A stretch of DNA of 60,703 nucleotides, counting the filler, from Sphacelaria rigidula (Eukaryota), in the NCBI GenBank assembly GCA_964200075.2. It is 5 parts of 5 records of this genome, joined end to end, with 100 filler letters (N's around TTAATTAATTAA, not from the genome) between each part and the next. Parts side by side here need not be neighbours in the genome. Positions count along the whole stretch, not along the records: positions 48,645 to 60,703 come from CAXNAA020004174.1; 4 more parts are not named here. One strand, given 5' to 3'. The notes under the pieces were generated by a model that was given only the letters and a program-made list of their open reading frames with translations, ran no database searches and was not told the DNA's origin. Numbering within the stretch: the first letter of the stretch is position 1; each line of letters begins with the position of its first letter. Both the position numbers and the translations under genes were made by a program. This document shows, piece after piece, positions 50,283-60,703 of the stretch.

Positions 50283-53200
50283 TCAAGTGCCCTCTCCCCC
50301 GCCCCGACCGCCGTCTCCGCCTGAACTACCCCCTGACCCAGCCTTCCTTGGCGTCTTCAAGTGATCATGAAACACACGGCCAATCAAACCGCCGGGTCTA
50401 ACAGCTTTTTCCTCCTTTGCTCCTCTGTCTCGTTTTCTATGAGGGCCCCAAGTTACGATTCCGCTCCCATCGCCAGCCCCTGCCCCACTCCCACTCCCAC
50501 TGCCACCCCTGCCTCCACTGCCTGAGACACCTTCCTGCCCCCCTGCGCGACCATTTTTTCCTGGCGAGCCTTCCCCCGTTGCCTTTCCATCAGCCTGCGC
50601 AGGTCGGGGCCCGAGACGCGAAAACACGCTTGCGGGTGAGGCCGTAGTGGCGGTAGGAGTACCCGAGTCACTCGGCGTGTCGAGGGCCAAGCTAGTCACT
50701 TCAGCCGGTGCGGCATCGCGCCTTGAGGACGGTGACGAAATATGATCTCCGGCGCTCTCGGTGGGAGCATCTGAAGCGGCGCCGTCTTGCTTACTACGTT
50801 GACTCTTTCGAGCAAGGCCTGATCCGTCCCCGACCGCCGCCGAACGTCGACGAGAACCCTCCGCTGTCGCCGCTTCCGCGCTCGCTTGCTCACTGTCACC
50901 GGAGCTCTCCTGCGCGGACACTGGTTGAGTGTTTTCGCTCGTGCCGCTTCCAACTGGGACCTTTCCGCCCTTCCTCACTTTCTCTGCTTTGTCGGCATGC
51001 TTCGGTTGCCGGTGGAGTTTGGCTGGGGCATGCGTTGATGCAGCCCCTTTTCCGTTCTCCATGTCCGCGGCGCGACCTCGTCGATCCTCGCCGTCGCTAT
51101 GCCTTTCAGCGGGTGACTCCTGCTTCCTCACCACTGCTTTTGAAAACTCTTTTATTTCCGGTGAAACGTCTCTCGACCGCAATTTCGGCTCGTTGTTGTC
51201 GGGCGAACGAGATTTGCGTTGCTTGATTCGCTTGTCATGGATCAAGTCTTGTCTTTGTTTATCATAGTCCGCGTTGCTTGCGGAACTGTCGGCTGCCGCG
51301 CGGGCTGCGGCTTGGTCGTGAGACGAGGGAGTTGGCGACGTATCACCATGCGACGACGGCACCGTAAATTTCACGTCAGCCTTTTTCCACGATTTTGCGT
51401 CCTCCGCCGCCGCCGGCGACTCCTCCTTACCGCGGCGATTCTCTGATTTACCGCGCCCGTCGCCTTTCTTCACGGCAGCAGACCCTGCAGATGGTGACGG
51501 GCCATTGTTGTCCCGCTCCTCATCGATTTTGTCTTCACCCCGTCCCCCGTCCTGAGAGTTCCCCGTACGTGCTTCCGTATCTGATTGGTTAGAGGAGCTG
51601 TTCTCGTTCGCCTTGGCCGCTGCTCTATCCTTCGCCCCTTCACTGACGGCGGATGTATTAGCCAGGTGAGCGGGGTTCATCTCTCCCTCTTCCTCCGGCG
51701 CGTCACCCTTGCCACTTCCATTTCCATTTTCGGATGACGCCGTGGGTCCTTCTTGGTTTTTCGACCTTGCCGGTATCACGCCGCGCGAAGGCCCAGACCT
51801 ATCAGCGCCGACGAGCCCGCCATCACCAGCGGAGCGATTGGCAGCGTGCCCCCAGCGCATTGATCTCAAGCTCGCCGAGGCGCTCGAGGAAACAGGAGGT
51901 TTAGTCGTGGTTTCGATTACTAGTTCCCCCTCTTCTGGTTCCTCTTCCTGTGGTGGGTCGACGGGGGTGTCGTCTTGCTGCGGAGACTGTACGCGGTCAG
52001 CACTCCTTCGACTGTGCTCGTCTCGCCCGCCCCCGCTGCTCCCGTGCCACCGCTCCTCGGAGCGGCGCCGGTGTTCTTCGCGGTCCCCGCGCCGGCGACG
52101 CTCGTCACGCTCCATCATGCTGCGCCGATCACGTTCACGACTGTCTCCCCTCGAGCCATGTATACCGAGCTGGGGAATTTGGCCGCCTAAACCCATGCGG
52201 TCATACGGCGCCATTCCCATCGCGTGGCCGCCCATCGCCATGGCTGGGGCAGCAGGAAATCGGCCTCCGCCACCGCCTGCCATGCGCCCAGGCATTCCCA
52301 AGTCCACTCCTCGTGCCGATCGTCCCCACTCTGGATCTCGGCTGTCGAAACTGCCATGTGGGGATGACGGTCGCCAACGTGACTGAACATCTCGTGTAGA
52401 GGAGGGCGGCCTGTCCGCCGAACGCCCGCTGCCGCGAACCTGCGGGGAAAACCAGGAAGTCGGGCAAGGGACAGATAGACGATACGGAGTAAGCCCGGGT
52501 TACGGCTGTAAATGAGTTACAAGTGGGATTGAGTGGTGGATTCGCGTCATCACTCCCACTTCAAGACGAGTGGAGTAAGAGAGAACGTAAAACAAAGGCG
52601 CAGGGACACCAACTAAAATCGCGTCTCACCTCCCGTGCATGACTGACAGGCATACTAAACTGAAAGGAAGCATCTCGTGGAAGGAACGTCAAAAACAGTT
52701 ACCACACCGCTTGTAGTGCGCCAGGTCTACGCCACAGTGCGTAAGTGCTCATCCTCCGTAGTCATCTTCAAGAAAGTGCACTCCACGCGAAAACGAGGGG
52801 ATAACACGTGATACAACTGTTGCGACATCATCCTCACATCACCAACTCATAGCAACTCACTGTTTCAAGACAACAAATGAAAACAACGGCAACAAAACAA
52901 TGACACATCAAGGCAATCGACTGCGAAAGACTTACACTGGAGGAGCGGGAGTGACGAGTAGCAGACTCGGCATCTCCCCGCCGGCGACCCGAATCCCGAC
53001 CGCTCTCGCCGGAGCGAGAAGACCCTCCTTTCTCTGTAACTCGCCCACCACTACGTTCTTCTCCCTCCTTCCTTGCTGCGTAGGCACTCGAAACCAGAGG
53101 TTCATGCCTGCCGGGAGACATCCGTTCCTGTTGGTGGCGCCCTGCGGCAGCACCATCACGCTCCCCTTCTCGTCTACGACTGCTTCGGCTGTCCGTCGGG

Positions 53201-56200
53201 TCCAGCTTTTTACCGCCACTGCTCGGCCCATGCGTATCCGAAGCACCTCGGTTTCGGTCGTCGCCAGCCCGGCTGCGGTTATCCATCCGGCTACGGTCGT
53301 GTTCAGCTCGGCTGCGGTCGTCGCCTGTCCGGCTGCGGTCATCGCCTGTCCGGCTGCGGTCATCGCCAGCCCGGCCACGGTCGACGCCAACTCGGCTGCG
53401 GTCATCGGTAGTCCGGTCACGGTCATCGCCAGCCCGGCCACGCTCGTCACTGCCCCTAGTACGGTCGTCGCCAACCCGGCTACGATCGTGACCGCCCCGA
53501 CTACGGTCATCGCCAGTTCGACCACGGTCGTCGCCAACCCGGCTGCGGTCATCTTCGCCTCGGTCACGATCTTCGCGAGCATCACGTTTACGCCTTTTAT
53601 TGCCCTGGCGGTCAGCCGAACTGCTCCGTTCCTCGCTGGCGGCTCGGCCCGACGAGGCTCCCGAGCCGTATGCATCCATTCCGGGGATGCCAGACCCACC
53701 GCTGACACCACCGCCAGCTTTCCGTGGAGATGCCGGAGCAACAGTTACATTTCGCTCTCTACTGTTTCGGCTCTTGACCCTTTCGCCCTCTTGCTCTGCG
53801 CCTTTGCCGTGGCCATGGCCGTGGCCTCCGCTCCGCGAGGACGCACGCAGTGGAGATATGGAGCGCTGGATGGAGCTCACGGACACACCAGCAGCACTGC
53901 GACTGCTGGTTGCTTTCTTATCTTCACGAGCTGAGACAGCCCCACCCCTCATGTCGAGGTCTTCCCTGGCAAGGGTGCCCGTCCCTTGGCCAACTACATC
54001 CTTACGGTCCGTCCCAGAAGCGGAGGACAGGCCCATGAGTTCCACTGTGTCTGTTGTTATCGAGCGGTGTGGGTCTCGAGAGCGTCCCCTTCGTGAGGCA
54101 TAGTCCCTGTCATCTGTGAGCCTCGCATAGTTGACGGTATCCCCGCGACCGGAGTCTCGCGAGCGTTTGCGACCCCGAGATTCCTCCTCTTCTCGAGAAT
54201 CCCCGTGGCGGCTATCCTTTTTCTCTTTTTTATCTTTCTTGCTCTTCTTCTTTCTTGGCCTATCGCGGCTGTAGTCGTCGTCATGTGAGTCGTCGACGCG
54301 TCTTGTGCTGCTCTTCTCCGGCAAGCGGTCGGTGCCGCCGGCACGGTCAAACTCCGATGAGTCTGCGGCGTCACTCCTTCTACGCTTCCTCTCAGACTTC
54401 TCCAGCTTACCCTCTCTGCTACTAACGAGCCTGCGATTGTCTTCCGTAGGCAGCGAGTGGCCCGATCGCCAGGAGGGCTCACGCTCGCGTTCTCGTTCAC
54501 CATCCTTTCCGCGCTCGTCGAAACTGTCCCCCCTGCCCTTCGGTCTTTCCCTACTATGGCCGACCTTGACATGTGTATTGCGACCCTCATCTTTCTCGCG
54601 AGCATCCCCGCGCTCAGAATCTCTGTCACTCCTGGTTCGGTCGTCCCTGCCTTTGCCTCTGTCTCGCTTATTCCCATCCCGTGGCCTCTCCGCCTCTCGC
54701 CGTTCGTGCTCCTGTGCACGGCGATTCGCCTCCTCCCGCTGGGCTAATGCAGCGGCATTCTCCCTCGCTTCCCGCAAGATTTTGTCGTCCGCTGCCTTCG
54801 CACGGTTCTTTTCCTCCACCTTGCGTTGACGCTCACGCTCTTTTTCCTGTCTCAGGCGCTGTTTCTCCGCCTCTCTTTTCTTCCCCCGTTCCTTACCGGC
54901 GCGCCTCAAATTTTCCCTACGCCTTTGCCTTTCTTCCTCCTCCTTCTCCCTCTCAGTCATTACGCGAGATACCGACGGTTTCCCATCCTCAGACCCCTCT
55001 TTCCCTTGACGCATCTTATTTTTGTCTTTGTCGTCCGCCCGCGAATCCGACTTCGACGGAACATCCCCAGACCCTGGCTCCTTCGCGTGCTTGGTTCCGC
55101 CCGGGCTTCCAGCTGCATTGCTGTCCGGCGCTTCTTTCTTCGTTGGATCTGCGCCGTCATGTGCAATAGTCTCCTTGCTCGTGGCTGGCAGCGGAGACGG
55201 CTCCGGTTCAGGCTCCGGTTCAGGCTCTGGAGAAGGCGATGCCTCGCTAGGCACCGTCGACGGCGTCGACGGCATGCTATCATTATCGGACGGCCGCTCC
55301 TCATCAACTTCCATGTGGGCATCACTATCCTCCGCAGCCGCATCCGCCTTGGGGTCGGACGTCCGATTGTCATCCTTGCCACCACCCCGTCCTCCCCCAG
55401 TGGGTGCCTTTCCACCGGAGGTGCGTACCCCCTCGGCCGCACCCCGACGGTGCTTCGGCAATTTCTGCTCGTGCTTCGCGGCGACTCTACGATCTCCCGC
55501 GGCAACAGCACGTTCCATATCATCCTGAATTTGGTCACCGTTGCGGCCGTCAACCCCAAGCAACAGCCCCCTGCCCTGCTTTCGCCGGCGGTGCGCTTCC
55601 TCGCGAGCCCTGCGAAGATGGATTGACCAGTGACCCTCCGGACCCTCCCGAAAAGGTCCGATCCCCGCGTACGCCGTACCCCACCACTCCCCGCTCGTCT
55701 TCACATTCACGGCGAATAACTCCTTCAGGGCAGACTCCATGCCTATTTTGCGCTCCAACTCAGTCCCGGGGCCTGGTGGACTCACTATCGGTCCCGTTGA
55801 TGCCGAGGGCGATAGGCCGACACCCGCGACGGTGGGAGTCCCGCTGGCTTCAGCGCGTGTGCTCACGGGGCCGCCGTTGCGAGTCTCACTGCTATGGGCT
55901 TGGTCCATGGTGAGGATCCAAGCGGTATGCTTTTTGTGTCTTGGCGGTCCCGCCGCCGTCTTATGGTCATCCACCGCCGGATCGCCGTTTGCTTTAGTGA
56001 CGTTCCCAGGGTGGTCGAATGTCGCGAGCAGGTTGTCCAAATCGTGAAGCACCGGTTGGGTCAACACGGCGCGTTTTTTCCAAGGACCCATGATTTTCTT
56101 CAGTTTTGCGAGTTCGTTGACGTGAAATCCCCTGGGGCGCGGCTTATCCCCCGCACCAGCCATCACCTCTAAGAGCCTGGGAAGCAGGTCGGTTATTTTC

Positions 56201-57392
56201 GTCACCAGCTGGGACTTTGGGCCTTCTTTTTCCTTCGTCTGGAGAAAGGCAGCACAACGAAGGGCGGTTGCGCAACTATCAACAACATTCTCGCCATACC
56301 CGGAGCAAGAGACATGGATACATAAAGATTTTGCACACGCTTTGCCGGCATGCCCACCATGGCGTTGAGTGAGGATGGAGTCTAGTCGTCCTTCCGTCAT
56401 GGCGTCGTATACGACGTATTGGGGAATATGTTTTTGGCGCGTACAGTACCACCTTCAGGTGTAGCACAGACAGCACGGATTGGAGAGTCCGAAACATAAG
56501 CATGCATAGCGCCAAGCGCTGACACACATCGGCAAACAACTATGCTCTTCCAATGCGACGGCGCGGTGCCTAGAATAGAGGATGCACTACGACACCGAGA
56601 GTTCAACCGGTACCGTTTCCCGAACAAGAAGGTGGTGGGTACTCAAGAGAACCAACACTGACGAGGTATCCTCTCGCGGACCATGGTTGCTCAATAATCA
56701 AGTGTGTGTATTCGTTCGTCTTCCACGCACAGCCGAATCAATCCTTGTTTTTTGGTCGTGCAGGCCAATAGCCTCCAGGCGCCTTCAGCCTGAAATCACC
56801 ACATCTCATGAGGCAGTGAAACAGCGTACAACTAGTACGGGGTTCTCATGTCATGCCTAAAGGGTTTACCTGAGGGACAGTCTAGTGTATCCACGAGTCA
56901 GCAGACTTGGCGATGTGGAGGATTAGATATCCCGATTCTTTGCCATAAAACCGATATGTGTACTTTCTTTTGCTGTCGCGTGAGATTTGTTATTAATACC
57001 ACATCAGACACGGCCATATAGATATGTAGACAACCTCTGCCCTGGGGTACAAAAACTTCAACCCCGCTCATTCGGGCTTATCGGGATAAAACTGAAACAC
57101 AAATTGGACATACATAGCACAGCAAGAAAAATCGTACGTGGAGAAAAAACAAAACGCTGACGTGATGGAAAGACAACAAAAAAAATCAGGCACGACTACA
57201 TAGTAGAGACACAAGCATACATCATCACCCACCTCAGGTCCCCCAAGCTTGGACACTACGCTGTAGAGCGCGTTGACGGCGCACAAACAAGCACCAAACG
57301 CCTGCCGAGCCATGTTCTCAGCAGCGTCGATGTCTGGTCCCTGCACATCAACACCCTCTCCACGCAGGACCGCCGACCACACCCGTATGTAA
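50283..57392 (-). CDS. Large R/D/S/G-rich, mostly disordered, probably nuclear protein with a CID (Pol II CTD-interacting)-like N-terminal region. Exons 57392-57233, 56238-52936, 52439-50283 (stop); 5' exon(s) unresolved
   Basis: Exons of 3303 and 2157 nt are fully open and join at phase 0 (AGT|GTAAGT ... CCCGCAG|GTT). The N-terminal helical segment VNALYSVVSK...ITDLLPRLLE...LKKIMGPWKKRAVL..VLHDLDNLL resembles CID helices (inference). Also a coiled coil, KKKSKKDKKEKK and RS/RD tracts. Confidence 0.85.
53243..53553 (-). repeat. Coding 21-bp tandem repeat, about 15 copies, consensus DDRSR(A/T/V)G
   Basis: Translation DDRSRVG DDRGRTG DDRSRGG HDRSRVG ... DDRSRTG DDRSRTG DDRSRAE ... DDRNRGA. Confidence 0.9.
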
Positions 57393-59937
57393 CTGTTGCA
57401 ATTAGGGGGCGGGGAACATGTGAGGTTAGATGTAAGATTCTGATGAGAGCGGGGTCATCTGTGAACACTAGAAGAAAGATCCTAAAGGAACCACCGCGAC
57501 ACGGCAAGGTCTGAATCGCGGACTGTTTCAGTCTCTCGGGTAGTATTATGCTGACCGGTTGCTCACGTCTGGCCGACACGTACAAATGCAATACTCTGTT
57601 TGTTTGTTCCGTCGCGCCTTAAACCACCTCCCCCCCCCATCCTCGGAGACGACTTCGTGTTCCCAGGGGATTAACCCATTTCCCTCTTGGTGCAGGCTGG
57701 TTCATGTTAACCTCCGAAAATTGCATCACCAAAATCCTTCCGCAAGACCTACCCAACAGCGCATGCACGGTACCATACTGGCCGCAATTAACACTAGAAG
57801 AGAGTGGCATGGAAGGCTTTTTCTCTGAGACCATAGCGGTGGCGCTGAGGGCGAAAAGGTGTCTCGACCAATCAGCGCCGTTAAAACCGTTCTGAAATTG
57901 AAAGATATATTCTCGCCCCAATTCTTTTTCGATATACACATGCTTGAAATCATAGTAACGGCATTCAGCTCGAAAATCTGACGGAAAAAAAAAATCGAAA
58001 ATGGTCACCACGGGATCAAATAATGCCCCATACCGTGGTATTTCTGTGACGTGGAGTTTTGGCGTCGTTGGATTTCCGCTGGTATTATGCACAAAAAGAA
58101 CCCAAAAAACTCCCGGCGGTTTCCCATGCATCTTTTGTACAAAAGCTCGACTTGCTCTCAAATTTGGTACTTTCGTAAATGCTGGTCCTCTAAAAAGAAC
58201 ATGAGTATTTCGAAAAAATGTTTCCAAGCTTCTCCGCCTTGTGCAGACTTCGGCGGGTCCCAGCGTGAAGATCCTCGGAAGCCGGTACAGAATGCCTCGT
58301 AATAAAAAAATATAGTACACTTATACATCCCGGGGTAGCTCAGGGAATATACGTACAGAGTTTGATTGCGAAACTCGAAATTGGTGTAATTAATGCGTTA
58401 GACATACCCAACAATGACGTTTTTGACACTAGAAAACAAAATTCGGAGTTTGCACCTTTCAAGCTCACATCATCGCAAAAGAGCGTAAATGTTCACGCCG
58501 ATTGGTGGAGTCAAGACTCCGAAACTTTGCATATAATACTATGAGACGTCACAAAACTTTGTGGGAATGGGGTATTTCGACTTTCTATTCGCCAGTTATC
58601 GGGGGCCCGAGAAGGACATGTGCCTCTCCCGGCAGGATCCTGGGACCCCTGACAACTGGCGACAAAACAAAGTCGAAAGACTCCACTCAAAAGTCCCGTG
58701 ATTTTCCACAGTATCTGTGTGCTAATTTTTCAGAGTTTCGACTCCAACAATCTGCGTGAACATTGCGGATGAGTGGACTTTGGGTGATCAGAGTCAACCA
58801 GCCTGTATGCGCCTTGCATTTCGGGACCGCATATTGGATTATGACCATCGGCACTATTGCATACACTATTTAAACAGAAATTCAATACCACTCACTACGC
58901 ATGCCCCCACGTTTCGAACTAAGGTGACCTGCCGAAAATCAAACCTGCATGATTCCGACCTACCCGATCTTCCTTCAGCCAGGAGCGCATTTTTTCATTT
59001 TTCTTCACCCCCTAGTTACTTCTGCTCCCTTCTTCTGCTTGGTTTCGTTTTTGCTCCTTCAGTTTTCATTCCGCTTGTCTTTTTATTTTATTTTTACCGA
59101 GCGTTTCCGTCTATATTAGGCACGTATATCCTGTGATCACGGCTGAGTTTCTCCGGCATCACGCCATGTGTGGCAGGTAAATCAAAATCAACCGACTACG
59201 TGGTTCTAGGGTATACCACCGATTGCAACACCAGAGCGCGGCGGCCTTCAACCCAAACTCCTTCTACATGCGGGCACTGTTGTTCAAGGGCTCAGAAACA
59301 CTCGGCGAATGAAAGGGTCAAGAACATACAATGGCAACGCGGGGGCGATGCGTTTGACGAATGACCCACCGCCGGTACGTCGTGCAGGCTACAGTGGCGA
59401 GTTCATCTCAGCTTTTGCAAGCAAGAATGAATTTATCACAAGAGAAACCACCAGAATGTGGTGATTCAGCGAAGGATAATAGCCACACAAAACGAAAATC
59501 GCCTCAGCTATTAAAAAGCGCGAGGATACTTACTGGGATCTAACTGAACCGTGACGATTGAATGCAGCTTCGCCTGAATCGGAGAAAAAACTGGTCCTCA
59601 GGTACAGGAAGTACGTACGAGATGACCACTCACTACGGACGCATACTGAGACCAATACATTTTGGTCAATATCATGTTGCCACATTTTTTGTGTTTATTA
59701 GCAGCACCACCAATAGATTAATATATTGATACGCATGCTTTAGTCATTATCCACTGAATATACACGTGTTGTTGTCATTGTGTAGCAGCGCACACCAACC
59801 GCGAGACCAAGGCTGTAAACATTAACCCCAACTTTGCGGAGGCACCTGACTACAGTTCAACATCCAACAGTGCTTGTGAGGATTCGCAGCAAACATCAAG
59901 CAGCACTGAAGGTGATGTAATAGTTCAATATTTCTAT

Positions 59938-60345
59938 GGGTACACACGTTACACGTGACGCTTTTACGTGACACATTCGAAAAAACGTAACTTTGGGTCA
60001 TCTAACGCTACGTAATGTTTGATTTTTTTCGATGGGACAAATGTATCGTAACGTGATGTAATGTGTGGTCCTTCGCATGAACCCTAACATACTGTTTTAC
60101 TTTTCAAATGTGACGAAAACTCTGCGTTTTTTCGTGAATGTGTAACGTGTCACGTGTCACGTGTCACGTTAAAAAATAAAATTAAACAACAGCCTTTTTT
60201 TTACACCTGGAAAATCCCAAGAGACGCTGCTTCAAGGTCCACACGTTACATCACGTTACGTTACATTTGTCGTAGCGTTAATTGGCCCAAAGTTACGTTT
60301 TTCCCAGTTTTTTCAAATGTGTCACGTGTGTAACATGTTCATCCC
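59938..60345. mobile_element. MITE-like non-autonomous DNA element
   Basis: The left end GGGTACACACGTTACACGTGAC matches the reverse complement of the right end, GGGATGAACATGTTACACACGTGAC. Many internal CACGTTAC/GTAACGTG motifs; AT-rich, with no convincing coding frame. Confidence 0.5.
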
Positions 60346-60631
60346 TGAATATTTTCGCTGCCACATTTTTGTTCGGTAAAAGTTGAAGTTTGTGCGCGCA
60401 AAACGCTGCCCTCGGGCAGTCAATCATGACCTCGATTAAAGAGAGGTGAAGCCAAAACTCGCAGATTCTTGACAACAACAACAAGGACGACGCAGCATGG
60501 AAACCAAACGCCAAAAGGGCATTAGACAAGGGCGAGAGCAAGAGCAGAATCGAAATCGAAATCGAAATTTCAAAAACAAAAACATAAACAGACCGTACAA
60601 AAAGTGACTTGGAAAAAACAATGCGCAGAAC

Positions 60632-60703
60632 GGTCGCCCCGGTCGCCCAGTTGGTAACCTCGTAACCTTTTGATGGTTGAGTAGGGGGGTTCGATTCCCG
60701 GAG
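60632..60703 (+). mobile_element. Head of a tRNA-derived SINE, truncated by the contig end
   Basis: GGTCGCCCCGGTCGCCCAGTTGGTAACC...GGTTCGATTCCCGG, matching 19041 and 23735. Confidence 0.75.

Noticed and set aside
53243-53553. CRISPR-like or non-coding repeat array
   Set aside because: These are contiguous 21-bp units without unique spacers, in frame inside a long exon.
50417-56172. Long plus-strand and alternate-frame ORFs (e.g. 52900-53934, 54826-55626, 51709-52386)
   Set aside because: They are shadows of the GC-rich, repetitive minus-strand coding exons and carry no independent motifs.
57619-58320. 233-aa ORF as an upstream exon of the CID-like gene
   Set aside because: An acceptor near 57892 is plausible, but I could not establish a convincing phase-matched donor or motif, so it is left unresolved.

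Overview
Eukaryotic, intron-rich, roughly 50% GC DNA. Gene structure and repeat content suggest a brown alga or other stramenopile (inference). The window is not one locus. It is five contigs of near-identical, descending length (1-12062, 12163-24224, 24325-36385, 36486-48544, 48645-60703) joined by artificial N44-TTAATTAATTAA-N44 spacers. Four partial multi-exon genes, all on the minus strand, were spliced by hand through GT-AG sites. (1) A VPS13-family lipid-transfer protein with a DysF/peroxin domain (8 exons). (2) A PARP-like ADP-ribosyltransferase catalytic domain (3 exons). (3) A probable PH-domain protein with long low-complexity inserts (4 exons, one junction unresolved). (4) A >1800-aa R/D/S-rich protein with a CID-like N-terminus and a 7-aa tandem repeat. 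The rest is mostly mobile DNA: nested Ty1/copia elements, an RTE-like LINE and its (CAAT)n-tailed 3' ends, tRNA-derived SINEs, MITE-like elements and a ~650-bp-arm inverted repeat. The most notable observation is a LINE family whose copies end in ATGAGTAC(G/A) and insert into C-tracts: in two copies the C-run lies inside an exact 14-15 bp target-site duplication. No CRISPR array, rRNA or intact tRNA gene was found. All family assignments come from motif recognition by eye; no searches were run.
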